NCBI GenBank assembly: GCA_026391215.1
Contig: JAPLDX010000060.1
Span: 32,001-96,000, forward strand
Direction: 5' to 3'
Length of the DNA stretch: 64,000 nucleotides
Source: Bacteroidia bacterium
GTDB taxonomy: Bacteria > Bacteroidota > Bacteroidia > Bacteroidales > VadinHA17
Below the pieces are notes generated by a model. The model was not told where the DNA came from and made no database searches. It saw nothing but the letters and a program-made list of their open reading frames with translations. The position numbers and the translations under genes were made by a program. Below, in pieces: positions 17,238-27,408 of the stretch. Positions within the stretch are counted from its first letter, which is position 1. Each line of letters opens with the position of its first letter.

Positions 17238-19964
17238 TTACTTTCCGTATTTGATTGAAGCCTGTGCTGCGGCCAGTCTTGCTATCGGCACCCTGAAAGG
17301 TGAGCAGCTCACGTATGTGAGTCCTGTTTTGAAGCAGAATTCAACTGAAGCCGGATCGCCTCCCTGTTCACCGCAAATACCAACTTTCAGGTCAGGCCTG
17401 GTAGCCCTTCCTTTCTGGACCGACATTATTATCAGCTGTCCTACACCTTCCTGGTCAATAGTCTGGAACGGATCAGCAGCCAGCATCTTCTGATCAAGAT
17501 AATCATTCATGAATCCTCCGATATCATCACGGCTGAAGCCAAATGTCATCTGTGAGAGGTCGTTGGTCCCAAATGAGAAAAACTCTGCGGTCTTTGCCAT
17601 GCGGTCGGAAAGAAGTGCAGCACGTGGGATCTCAATCATTGTACCATATTTATAATCTATCTTGCTGACTCCGAATTTTTTGCAAACTTCGTTATAGATC
17701 TTGTCGACAACTTTCTTTGTAACATCGAGTTCTGAAACATCACATGTAACGGGAACCATTAACTCAGGATGAGGTTTTTTACCTTCTTTAATAAGTTCCA
17801 TTGTAGCTTCAAACATTGCCCTTACCGTCATTTCCGTAACTTCAGGATAGGTGATGCCAAGACGGACACCGCGGTGGCCCATCATCGGGTTGGATTCATG
17901 CAAAGCTTCTCCGCGCTTTTCAACATCTTCTTTCTTTATCCCTAGTGCTTTTGCCAGCTCTTCCTGCTTATCAGGACTCTGGGGCACGAATTCATGAAGA
18001 GGAGGGTCTATAAGCCTGAATGTTACCGGAAGTTCGTTCATTGCCTCCAGTGTAGCCTTCATGTCCTTCTTGACATAGCCGGACAGTTCGTCGAGTGCCT
18101 TGCGCCTTTCGGTCTCATTTGCGCTGAGGATCATTTTACGAAGGAGGAACAGAGGCTGTTCTGAACCTTTTCCATAGAACATATGCTCTGTACGGAAAAG
18201 TCCAATGCCTTCAGCTCCGAAATCGCGTGCTATTTTAGCGTCAGCAGGCGTGTCGGCGTTTGTACGGACGCCCATTTTACGATGTTTATCAACTATCTTC
18301 ATGAACTCCTGGAATCTTGGATTTTCAGTTGCATCCATAAGAGCAATAGCTCCGGTATAAACATTTCCTTTTGTTCCGTTAAGAGTCAGAATATCACCTT
18401 CTTTTATTACAACTGACGAACCGTGGATCTTTGCAGTTTTTGAAGCTGCTTCTACATGAAGTCCACCTGCGCCTACTATACAGCATTTTCCCCAACCGCG
18501 TGCAACGAGTGCAGCGTGTGATGTCATACCGCCCCTGGCTGTAAGAATACCTACAGCAGCGCGCATTCCTTCAACATCTTCAGGATTGGTTTCTTCACGC
18601 ATAAGGATCACTTTTTCTCCTTTACGGAACCATGCTACAGCATCCTCAGCTGTAAAAACAACTTTTCCGACTGCTGCTCCGGGACCTGCAGGCAAACCCT
18701 TAACAATGGGCTTGACTTTCTTTTCAGCATCCGGATTACAGATAGGGTGAAGGAGCTCATCAAGCTGAGCAGGATCAACCCTTAATACAGCTGTTTTTTC
18801 ATCAATAAGTTTTTCATCAAGCATATCCATTGCCATGTTAAGCGCAGCGGTACCTGTTCTCTTCCCGGCGCGGCACTGAAGCATATAAAGTACATTCTCC
18901 TGAATAGTGAACTCAATATCAAGCATATCGTGGAAAGATTTCTCCAGAATGTCGCGGATGTCACACAGTTCCTTATATGTTTTTGGCATAGCTTCCTGCA
19001 TGCTTGGCAGGTGCTTGTTCTGCTCGTTCTTTGTTTCATCGTTGAGAGGGCTGGGAGTGCGGATCCCTGCCACAACATCTTCTCCCTGTGCATTTACAAG
19101 CCATTCTCCATAAAACAGGTTCTCACCTGTGGCCGGATTTCGTGTGAATGCAACACCTGTGGCAGATGTGTCACCCATGTTTCCGAATACCATAGCCTGA
19201 ACGTTGACAGCTGTTCCCCAATCGTCAGGAATACCTTCAATACGGCGGTACGAAACGGCTTTCTTTCCGTTCCAGCTCTTGAAAACGGCCTTGATTCCGC
19301 CTTCAAGCTGTGCCTTTGCATCATCAGGGAACGGGGTTCCGAGGACATCTTTTACCTTCTTTTTGAATTCTTCTGAGAGAAGTTTAAGCTCATCAGCTGT
19401 GATCTCAGTATCAGATTTATAACCTTTCTTATGTTTGAATGCATCAAGCATTTCATCGAGCTGCTTACGGATACCTCTGCCTTCTCCAAGTTCAATACCT
19501 TCAGCTTTTTCCATAACCACATCAGCATACATCATGATCAGACGACGGTATGAATCCCATACAAACCTTGGGTTATTGGTCTTTTTTAGAAACCCGGGAA
19601 TTGTGGATGAACAGAGACCTATGTTAAGAACGGTATCCATCATGCCGGGCATTGATTTACGTGCGCCCGAACGACAGGAAACCAGCAGTGCATTTGCAGG
19701 ATCTCCGTACTTCATGTTCATTGTTTCTTCAGTAAGCTTCATCGCGGCCCAGACTTCAGGCATCAGGTCGGGATCAAGAGAACAGTTGTTCTCATAATAC
19801 TCTGTACAGGCTTCGGTGGTAATTGTGAAACCTGCTGGTACAGGAAGTCCTAACAGACACATTTCTGCAAGGTTTGCACCTTTACCTCCGAGAAGGTTCT
19901 TCATATCAGCTTTACCCTCTGCAGTTCTTTTTCCAAAGGAGTAAACTCTTTTAAGTTTTGACAT
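17238..19964 (-). CDS. ppdK: Pyruvate, phosphate dikinase
   Basis: LLGGKGANLAEM, RSGARKSMPGMMDT, GGMTSHAALVARG, GIGLFRTEHM, FSFGTNDL, GICGEQGG. Confidence 0.97.
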   Translation of the reverse strand: MSKLKRVYSFGKRTAEGKADMKNLLGGKGANLAEMCLLGLPVPAGFTITTEACTEYYENNCSLDPDLMPEVWAAMKLTEETMNMKYGDPANALLVSCRSGARKSMPGMMDTVLNIGLCSSTIPGFLKKTNNPRFVWDSYRRLIMMYADVVMEKAEGIELGEGRGIRKQLDEMLDAFKHKKGYKSDTEITADELKLLSEEFKKKVKDVLGTPFPDDAKAQLEGGIKAVFKSWNGKKAVSYRRIEGIPDDWGTAVNVQAMVFGNMGDTSATGVAFTRNPATGENLFYGEWLVNAQGEDVVAGIRTPSPLNDETKNEQNKHLPSMQEAMPKTYKELCDIRDILEKSFHDMLDIEFTIQENVLYMLQCRAGKRTGTAALNMAMDMLDEKLIDEKTAVLRVDPAQLDELLHPICNPDAEKKVKPIVKGLPAGPGAAVGKVVFTAEDAVAWFRKGEKVILMREETNPEDVEGMRAAVGILTARGGMTSHAALVARGWGKCCIVGAGGLHVEAASKTAKIHGSSVVIKEGDILTLNGTKGNVYTGAIALMDATENPRFQEFMKIVDKHRKMGVRTNADTPADAKIARDFGAEGIGLFRTEHMFYGKGSEQPLFLLRKMILSANETERRKALDELSGYVKKDMKATLEAMNELPVTFRLIDPPLHEFVPQSPDKQEELAKALGIKKEDVEKRGEALHESNPMMGHRGVRLGITYPEVTEMTVRAMFEATMELIKEGKKPHPELMVPVTCDVSELDVTKKVVDKIYNEVCKKFGVSKIDYKYGTMIEIPRAALLSDRMAKTAEFFSFGTNDLSQMTFGFSRDDIGGFMNDYLDQKMLAADPFQTIDQEGVGQLIIMSVQKGRATRPDLKVGICGEQGGDPASVEFCFKTGLTYVSCSPFRVPIARLAAAQASIKYGK

Positions 19965-20050
19965 AGTTATACGGGTTTTATTGATTAATATTTGTTTTCG
20001 AAATGAATCGCAAAGGTAATATTAAAAATTTAATTTCAGAAACCACATTT

Positions 20051-20950
20051 TCAGGCACGCGGATGAAATAATATCAGGGTATCCCTTAAAAAGCTCCTGT
20101 CGATATGAGTATAGATCTCTGTGGTAAGTATTGACTCGTGTCCAAGCATCTCCTGAACTGCCCTCAGATCGGCGCCTCCTTCAATCAGGTGGGTTGCAAA
20201 AGAATGCCTGAAGGTATGTGGGCTTATCTTCTTCCTGATACCTGCCTTTGCGGCCAGATCTTTTATAATTGTAAAGATCATTGACCTGGTAAGTTTTCTG
20301 CCTCTACGATTAAGGAAAAGGATATTTTTATCATAGATCCCAGGGAGTCCTTCCCTGTCTGGCATATAAATATCAATTTCCCTGAGAGTCTTTCTGCCGA
20401 CAGGAACGAGTCTCTGCTTATTTCCCTTGCCGGTTACCATTACAAACCCTTCTCCACGATGAATATCTGTAAGGCGGAGGTTTACGAGTTCCGATACCCT
20501 TAATCCGCAGCCATAGAGCGTTTCAATGATAGCCTTGTTCCTGTGTCCCTCCTGTTTACTGAGATCAATGCATCCTATCAACCTGTCAATCTCATTAACT
20601 GACAGAACTTCAGGAAGTTTCAGCCCGATCTTTGGAGATTCAATAAGGGATGCCGGATTCTCCTCAATTTCCTCTTCAATAAGCAGAAACCTGAAAAAAG
20701 CTCTTATCCCGCTGAGTACTCTTGATTGTGTCCTGGCATTCTGATTATCAAAGGCAAACCAGGTTAGGAAATCCTTCAGATCGGGATAAGTTACATCTGC
20801 TGGTGCTTTATCAGTTCCTTTTTCACTGAAGAATGACTCCAGTTTTAGGACATCACCGGTATAAGCTTCGATACTATTCTCCGATAGTGATTTCTCAAGC
20901 CTGAGATACGTTTCAAAATCCTTGATTGCCTGCTTCCAAGTGAAACTCAT
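20051..20950 (-). CDS. xerD: Site-specific tyrosine recombinase XerD
   Basis: LYGCGLRVSEL, GKGNKQRLVP, SPHTFRHSFATHL, VQEMLGHESILTTEIYTH, FHPRA end. Confidence 0.9.
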   Translation of the reverse strand: MSFTWKQAIKDFETYLRLEKSLSENSIEAYTGDVLKLESFFSEKGTDKAPADVTYPDLKDFLTWFAFDNQNARTQSRVLSGIRAFFRFLLIEEEIEENPASLIESPKIGLKLPEVLSVNEIDRLIGCIDLSKQEGHRNKAIIETLYGCGLRVSELVNLRLTDIHRGEGFVMVTGKGNKQRLVPVGRKTLREIDIYMPDREGLPGIYDKNILFLNRRGRKLTRSMIFTIIKDLAAKAGIRKKISPHTFRHSFATHLIEGGADLRAVQEMLGHESILTTEIYTHIDRSFLRDTLILFHPRA

Positions 20951-20968
20951 AACTTTTCAAATATTCTT

Positions 20969-21060
20969 CTTTGTATACCTTCGTGTGCACTTTGTGTTCT
21001 TTGTGGTTAAATATTCTCTTACTACAAAGGGACACTAAGGTTACACAAAGTAACACAAAG
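20969..21060. repeat. Imperfect inverted array of ~10-bp CTTTGTG / CACAAAG repeats
   Basis: Four CTTTGTG-like units, AT-rich spacer, four ACACAAAG-like units between divergent xerD and aroQ. Confidence 0.7.
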
Positions 21061-21125
21061 GAAGCATCCCATCATTGATTTTTTAGCTATTTTTGCCGGG
21101 CAGGGAAAATACTAAACTAACGGAA

Positions 21126-21557
21126 ATGAAAATCAGTATTATAAATGGCCCAAATCTTAATCTTCTGGGAAAAAGAGAACCTGATAAATATGGCAACCGG
21201 TCTTTTGAAGATTATTTTACTTCGTTAAAGGCAAAATATCCGGAAATCGTTTTTGATTATTATCAGTCAAATGTTGAAGGAGAGCTGATAAATGAAATTC
21301 AGGCAAAAGGCTTTTCATGCGATGGCATAATTCTCAACGCCGGAGGCTACACTCATACATCTGTCGCTATTGCTGATGCCATTGCATCGGTCAGGACACC
21401 TGTTATTGAGGTTCATATTACAAACATTGCAGCTCGGGAAGATTTCCGTCATACCAGCCTTATTGCCCGCAGTTGTGCCGGTTCCATTTCCGGTTTCGGG
21501 CTTGACAGCTACAGGCTGGCAGTTGAAGCTTTAATTGTAAAACATACACTTAAATAA
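21126..21557 (+). CDS. aroQ: Type II 3-dehydroquinate dehydratase
   Basis: INGPNLNLLGKREP, QSNVEGELI, NAGGYTHTSVAIAD, EVHITNIAARE. Confidence 0.96.
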   Translation: MKISIINGPNLNLLGKREPDKYGNRSFEDYFTSLKAKYPEIVFDYYQSNVEGELINEIQAKGFSCDGIILNAGGYTHTSVAIADAIASVRTPVIEVHITNIAAREDFRHTSLIARSCAGSISGFGLDSYRLAVEALIVKHTLK

Positions 21558-21559
21558 GG

Positions 21560-22993
21560 ATGAACAGGAAAAGAACAAAAATTGTTGCCACTCTCTCTGA
21601 TAAGAACTGTGAGCCTGAATTTATAAGGGATTTGTATAATGCCGGGATGGACCTCATCAGGATCAACTCAGCACATCTGACTACTGAAGGAGCCCTTAAG
21701 ATCATTAATAATGCCCGTGAGGTTTCAGATAAAATAGCGATCATTCTTGATACCAAAGGGCCTGAGATCCGTACAACTGTCTGTGAAGCCCCGATAAAGG
21801 TGAAGAAAGGAGATATTTTCAGGTTGACAGGTAAACCGGATAAAATTTCATCCGGCAAGGAGATATTTGTAAGCCTTATTTCTTTTGCTGAAGAGGTGCC
21901 TCCGGGTTCAGTTGTGATGATCGATGACGGGGATATTGAGATGAAAGCACTGAAGAAAGAGGGCGATACCCTTAAGTGCAAGGCTTTAAATGACGGGATA
22001 ATCGGATCAAGAAAAAGCGTAAACGTTCCTGGAGTTAAGATACACCTTCCGTCGCTTACGGATAAGGACAGGGCCTTTATCAAAATGGCAGCTGAAAATG
22101 ATGTGGAATTCATAGCTCATTCGTTTGTGAGGTCAAGGCAGGATGTAATTGATGTTCAGACCGAAATAAACAAGCATAAAAGTGATATAAAGATCATTGC
22201 CAAGATCGAAAATGAAGAGGGTGTTGAGAATATTGCAGAGATAATGGACGAAGTATACGGGATAATGGTTGCCAGGGGTGACCTTGCCATTGAGATCCCT
22301 TATGAAAAAATACCTTCCATCCAGAAGATGATGATTTCGCGGTGCATCTACTGCAGGAAGCCTGTCATTGTTGCGACTCAGATGCTTCACTCTATGATAA
22401 CCAATCCCCGACCTACAAGGGCCGAAGTCAGCGATATTGCAAGCGCAATATACTCACAGACTGATGCCATAATGCTGAGTGGTGAGACTGCCAATGGCAA
22501 ATATCCTGTTGAAGCCGTAATGACCATGACCAAGGTTGCACTCGAGGTTGAAAAGAACAAGGAAAAATACCTTGATACTCCGTACCTTAATGTGACCGGC
22601 GAAGTATCTTCCTACCTCGCTAAAGTGGCGGTAGAAACTTCACTGAGGATAAATGCAAAAGTAATAATTGCCGATACAACCCTTGGACGAACAATAAGGG
22701 ATATGGCATCCATCAGAGGATTCAACCATATCCTTGCCCAGTGCTATTCGGCCAGGACAATGAGAGAGCTGGCTCTTTCATATGGCGTATATGCCTCTTA
22801 CCAGGAAAGAAGGGAATCAATAGATGAATTCATTCAGATAGCACTGAAAAATATTGTCAAAGCTCATGACCTTAAAGATGATGACCTGGTAGTTGTGCTT
22901 GCAGGTAACTTTTCCAGCGGTTCCGGCTTCTCATTCATTGAAGTCGGCACTGTACTTTACCTTAAAGGCCGTGTAAGCAGCAGGGAAGAGTGA
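21560..22993 (+). CDS. pyk: Pyruvate kinase
   Basis: RTKIVAT, LDTKGPEIR, IAKIEN, MVARGDL, ATQML, DAIMLSGETA. Confidence 0.96.
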   Translation: MNRKRTKIVATLSDKNCEPEFIRDLYNAGMDLIRINSAHLTTEGALKIINNAREVSDKIAIILDTKGPEIRTTVCEAPIKVKKGDIFRLTGKPDKISSGKEIFVSLISFAEEVPPGSVVMIDDGDIEMKALKKEGDTLKCKALNDGIIGSRKSVNVPGVKIHLPSLTDKDRAFIKMAAENDVEFIAHSFVRSRQDVIDVQTEINKHKSDIKIIAKIENEEGVENIAEIMDEVYGIMVARGDLAIEIPYEKIPSIQKMMISRCIYCRKPVIVATQMLHSMITNPRPTRAEVSDIASAIYSQTDAIMLSGETANGKYPVEAVMTMTKVALEVEKNKEKYLDTPYLNVTGEVSSYLAKVAVETSLRINAKVIIADTTLGRTIRDMASIRGFNHILAQCYSARTMRELALSYGVYASYQERRESIDEFIQIALKNIVKAHDLKDDDLVVVLAGNFSSGSGFSFIEVGTVLYLKGRVSSREE

Positions 22994-23042
22994 TAAATGG
23001 TCTGATTTTTGTGGCTTTATTAATGCCTGAACTGTGATTGAA

Positions 23043-23525
23043 ATGCTTAAAGCCCTTGTACTTTCGATATGGTTCGTTTTTCACCCGGTACACGTTACCC
23101 TGACAAGTATCGACCATGTGCGGAATACAGATTCACTTAAGGTTTTTGTAAGAATGTATTATGATGATTTTCTGCAGGATTATTCATTATCAGAAGGGGA
23201 GAACTTTACAGAAAAAAAATTACAAAAGAGCGGGACATTTCCATATGATCTGATGAATAACTATCTGGAAGAAAAAGTTAATATAATTGTAGACAATAAA
23301 CAGCTGAAAGGGAAGTTATTAAACATTGAACAGGAGGATAATGAGATCCGTACGAATCTGCTGTACAGATTGGATAATAAGCCAAAAGTGATTACTGTCA
23401 GAAACCTGATTATGACCGGTTTATACACCGATCAGGCAAATATGACAATAATCAGGATAAATAATTTTGAAGAAGGTGTAATGCTGACACCCTTGAAAAC
23501 AGAAGAGACATTCAGCCTGAAATAA
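23043..23525 (+). CDS. Conserved secreted hypothetical protein (DUF6702-like)
   Basis: HPVHVTLTSI after a signal-like N-terminus; co-oriented in the operon; start 23034 or 23043. Confidence 0.6.
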   Translation: MLKALVLSIWFVFHPVHVTLTSIDHVRNTDSLKVFVRMYYDDFLQDYSLSEGENFTEKKLQKSGTFPYDLMNNYLEEKVNIIVDNKQLKGKLLNIEQEDNEIRTNLLYRLDNKPKVITVRNLIMTGLYTDQANMTIIRINNFEEGVMLTPLKTEETFSLK

Positions 23526-23546
23526 TTACCCGGATTGAAGAATAAA

Positions 23547-26156
23547 ATGAAGAGATCAATTGCACTTGCACTTTTAGCGTTCAATTTCCTGGTTCTTTCT
23601 GCAACACATAACAGGGCAGGCGAGATAACCTATGTTCAGATTTCGGATCTGAGTTATCGGTTCACCGTCACAACTTTTACTTATACCCTGAGTCTTGCTG
23701 ACAGAGAAAAGCTTGATGTCAACTGGGGCGATAATTCTATCTCAACCGCACCAAGGATTGTAAAAACAAAACTTCCAAATAATTACCAGAAGAACATTTA
23801 TGTTATTGACCATACATTTCCGGGTCCGGGGGTTTATAAAGTAGTAATGCAGGATCCCAACAGGAATCAAGGCGTAGAGAATATCCCGAATTCAGTAAAT
23901 GTGGTCTTTTCAATATCGACTATTGTCACAGTAAATCCAAACATGGGGTTCAACAGCACGCCGGTACTCCTGAATCCTCCGTACGATAAGGCAGCCCTGG
24001 GATTCATATTCATCCACAATCCTGCTGCCTATGATCCCGACGGCGACAGCCTCTCTTATAAGCTGACAGTATGCACCCGTGAAGACGGAAAGCCAATTGA
24101 AAACTACACCCTGCCGCCTGCAACTCACTATATCCGCGTTGATTCAATTTCAGGCGACCTGATCTGGAAGACCCCGGCGGATACAGGAAAATACAATGTT
24201 GCAATGGAGATCCAGGAATGGAGAAACGGCAAGAAGATAGGGGTGGTGGTCAGGGATATGCAAATCGAAGTATTCATCACAAATAATAAACCCCCTGTGA
24301 ATGATACACTTAAAAACTGGTGCATAGAAGCAGGCGATACTATCGATTTTGTCTTTTCTGCTACAGACCGGAATAATGACGATATTTCTCTTAAAGCAAC
24401 TTCTGGAGTTTTTAGTCTCAAATCGTGCTCTGCTCATTTTACAGGCATTGATTCATTTCCCGGAATATCACGTTCAAGATTCTGGTGGGTGCCATGTTAT
24501 GAAGCAGTAAGAGGACAACCATATAATGTGATCTTTAAATCGGATGACAATAACGATGAGCTTATGCTTTCCGATATTGACAACATGACAATTAAAGTTC
24601 TTGGACCATCACCGGAGTTGATAAATGCAGTGCCGGAAGGTAAATTTATCAGACTCTCCTGGCAGCCTTACGGAACAGATGCAATTTCCGGTTTCAACAT
24701 TTACAGAAGGGATGGTGCAACTACTTTTGTTCCTGATTCCTGCACTGCAGGAATTCCTTCATCAACGGGCTTTGTTAAAGTAGGATATATCAGCGGAAGC
24801 AATACAGTAAAATATACGGATTCCGACAACGGGCAGGGCCTTCAGTTTGGTAAGGAATATACCTATAGGATTGTAGCTGTCTATAACAACGGAACTGAAA
24901 GCAAATCATCAAATGAGATCTCATCGACTCTGGTTTCAGGGGTGCCGGTAATAACTAATGTAAGTGTAACAAAAACAGATCCTGCCAACGGAACCATTTA
25001 TGTTGCATGGAAAAAACCTGACCGGCTTGATACGATTCCCAATGCTTCCGGGCCATTTGAATATTACATCTACCGTGCAGATGGAATCTCATCAAATGCA
25101 TATTCTCTGATTGATTCCATTCCGACTGCAGATCTGAATGATACCGTGTTTGTTGATACGCTTGATACACAAACATCAGGTTACATATACAGGATTGAGC
25201 TTTATAACAGAACTCCTGGATATAACTTTCTTATTGGTGAACCCGGAATTGCATCTTCACTCTTCCTTACTGTGAGCCCGGGTGACAGAAAAGCCAGGTT
25301 CGTGATCAACAGGAATGTTCCCTGGATAAATACCAGATATGATTTCTTCAGGCTTAATGAAGCCACAATGAAATATGATTCGGTTGGCACCACCAATCAG
25401 CTGACTTTTATTGATAACGGCCTGGTAAACGGCGAGGATTATTGTTATTATGTAAGGTCAAAGGGCGATTACTCGGACGAAAAGATGCCCAAGAACCTTA
25501 TAAACCTTTCGGAGATAGCCTGTACCACCCCGATTGACAATGAACCTCCCTGTCCTCCGGAAATAGATGTGACAAGCCAGTGCGACAGCCTGTATAATAC
25601 AATAACATGGAGCATCTCCGATCCTGTTTGCTTTGAAGATATTGCCGGTTATAAGATATATTATAAGATGACCTATGAAGCGGATTCGGTGCTGATTGAA
25701 ACTATCAATGACAAGAATATCCTTCTTTACAGGCATTACCCGGGCGATCTTATCTCAGGATGTTATACCGTATCTGCATTTGACCTTTTAGGCAACGAAG
25801 GACAGAAATCCGAAATGGTCTGCGTTGATTCCTGTGACTTCTATGAGATACCCAATGTTTTCACTCCCAATGGGGACGGTTTTAATGATAAATTGCTTGC
25901 CAAGACGTCTGCTCTTGTGGAGAGGGTTGATTTTAAGCTTTTTAATCGTAACGGCTTGCTGATATTTTCGACCGGGGAACCCAGGCTCAACTGGAACGGG
26001 ACATATAAAAACAGGATAGTATCTCCGGGTGTATACTTTTATCAGTGTGACGTATTTGAGAGGCGTATTTCAGGACTGGAACAGTTTCACCTTAAAGGTT
26101 TTATCCATGTTATTACGGAAGAGGGAGCAACTGTTCCCAGAGAGGAGACAAAATGA
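23547..26156 (+). CDS. Secreted protein with FN3-like domains and gliding-motility/T9SS type B C-terminal sorting domain
   Basis: ATHNRAGEITY N-terminus; IPNVFTPNGDGFND..FNRNG..WNG..GVYFY C-terminal domain. Confidence 0.88.
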   Translation: MKRSIALALLAFNFLVLSATHNRAGEITYVQISDLSYRFTVTTFTYTLSLADREKLDVNWGDNSISTAPRIVKTKLPNNYQKNIYVIDHTFPGPGVYKVVMQDPNRNQGVENIPNSVNVVFSISTIVTVNPNMGFNSTPVLLNPPYDKAALGFIFIHNPAAYDPDGDSLSYKLTVCTREDGKPIENYTLPPATHYIRVDSISGDLIWKTPADTGKYNVAMEIQEWRNGKKIGVVVRDMQIEVFITNNKPPVNDTLKNWCIEAGDTIDFVFSATDRNNDDISLKATSGVFSLKSCSAHFTGIDSFPGISRSRFWWVPCYEAVRGQPYNVIFKSDDNNDELMLSDIDNMTIKVLGPSPELINAVPEGKFIRLSWQPYGTDAISGFNIYRRDGATTFVPDSCTAGIPSSTGFVKVGYISGSNTVKYTDSDNGQGLQFGKEYTYRIVAVYNNGTESKSSNEISSTLVSGVPVITNVSVTKTDPANGTIYVAWKKPDRLDTIPNASGPFEYYIYRADGISSNAYSLIDSIPTADLNDTVFVDTLDTQTSGYIYRIELYNRTPGYNFLIGEPGIASSLFLTVSPGDRKARFVINRNVPWINTRYDFFRLNEATMKYDSVGTTNQLTFIDNGLVNGEDYCYYVRSKGDYSDEKMPKNLINLSEIACTTPIDNEPPCPPEIDVTSQCDSLYNTITWSISDPVCFEDIAGYKIYYKMTYEADSVLIETINDKNILLYRHYPGDLISGCYTVSAFDLLGNEGQKSEMVCVDSCDFYEIPNVFTPNGDGFNDKLLAKTSALVERVDFKLFNRNGLLIFSTGEPRLNWNGTYKNRIVSPGVYFYQCDVFERRISGLEQFHLKGFIHVITEEGATVPREETK

Positions 26157-26171
26157 TTTTGAGGGCATAGG

Positions 26172-27377
26172 ATGATGAAGAAGACATTATTACTTGTTAT
26201 GGCTTTCTGTTTTGCCGGGATCATTTCTGGTCAATCCTCTTTTGAAACTCTTCTGAAAGCAAGAGCATTATCCGGAAATGGAGAACATTCAAAGGCTGTT
26301 GAGATCCTTTCTTCAGCTTTAGGAGAAAAGAAGGAGAGCAGGCTTTACCTGGAAAGGGCGGAAGCTTATCTTCTGGAAGGAGACTATTTAAAGGCAATAA
26401 GTGATTATAATTCAGCAAACTCTCTCACCAATCATTCAGGTGATTATGGATTGGCAAGGATCTTTGCAATCAAGGGTGATGCAGTTGCATCTTTATCCCA
26501 TCTTGAAATGAACCTTCTATCCTCATTCAGAAAAAGTGAAAAAGAGGTTATGCTTGATCCGGCCTTCAGCATTATTGAAAATAAGCCGGAATGGCGCCAA
26601 TTCTGGAAAAGAGACTGGTACTCCGGTCTGGAAACAGGCATTTCGGAAATTGAATATTACCTGTCATCTGGCAGGAGGGATGATGCCCTTGAAATACTCT
26701 CAGGGCTTTCGGGAATCTATAAAGATAATGAAGAGGTGCTTTATGCAGGTGCACTGATAAATATGGCAGCAGGAAAACCGGGAGAAGTGATAAAAACAAT
26801 GGCAGGAATTCTATCTGCAGATCCCGGCAACGAAAAGTATCTGAGGCTCCTTGCTAAAGCTCAGTCTGATGCTTCGAATCATGCAGGTGCCTCAGTGACT
26901 TATTCAAAGCTGATAGATCAGGAGATACCGGATGCCGGTTTGCTGTTATTAAGGGCTGAGTGCTACAGGAAAACAGGTGAAACTGGCAGGGCTATGGCTG
27001 ACATTGAGAAGTACCTGTCCTTTTATTCTGAAGACAAATCAGGATTAAGCCTTGCAGGCAAGGTGAAAACAGCTGCAGGCGAGAACCTGGAAGCTATAGA
27101 GTACTTCTCTGAAAATCTTAAGTACCACCCTGGCGATCCCGGATGTTATCTCGACAGGGCAAATTCATATTTATCCATGAAATCATGGCAGTGGGCTATT
27201 AATGATTACAGCATGTCGCTCGATCTGGATCCGTCAAATTCCGAAGCATGGCTGAATAAAGGGATCGCACAGCTAAGCACTGGAAAACCCGAGGATGCCT
27301 GTCATGATTTCAGGCAATCATTGAAACTCGGAAATAAAAGGGCAACTGAATATATCAGCAGGTACTGTATAAAATAA
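26172..27377 (+). CDS. Tetratricopeptide repeat protein, secreted
   Basis: Signal peptide; multiple TPR units (YLERAEAY..AISDY, YLDRANSY..AINDY, AWLNKGIA..ACHDF). Confidence 0.88.
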   Translation: MMKKTLLLVMAFCFAGIISGQSSFETLLKARALSGNGEHSKAVEILSSALGEKKESRLYLERAEAYLLEGDYLKAISDYNSANSLTNHSGDYGLARIFAIKGDAVASLSHLEMNLLSSFRKSEKEVMLDPAFSIIENKPEWRQFWKRDWYSGLETGISEIEYYLSSGRRDDALEILSGLSGIYKDNEEVLYAGALINMAAGKPGEVIKTMAGILSADPGNEKYLRLLAKAQSDASNHAGASVTYSKLIDQEIPDAGLLLLRAECYRKTGETGRAMADIEKYLSFYSEDKSGLSLAGKVKTAAGENLEAIEYFSENLKYHPGDPGCYLDRANSYLSMKSWQWAINDYSMSLDLDPSNSEAWLNKGIAQLSTGKPEDACHDFRQSLKLGNKRATEYISRYCIK

Positions 27378-27408
27378 TGGCTACCGGCAAACGGCTGCCT
27401 GACGTCTT

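Noticed and set aside
20051-20950. Tyrosine recombinase as the integrase of a mobile element
   Set aside because: Length, motifs and position beside aroQ fit housekeeping XerD; no att sites or cargo seen
21550-22113. 187-aa antisense ORF and similar shadow ORFs throughout the window
   Set aside because: They lie opposite well-supported conserved genes and have no recognisable motifs
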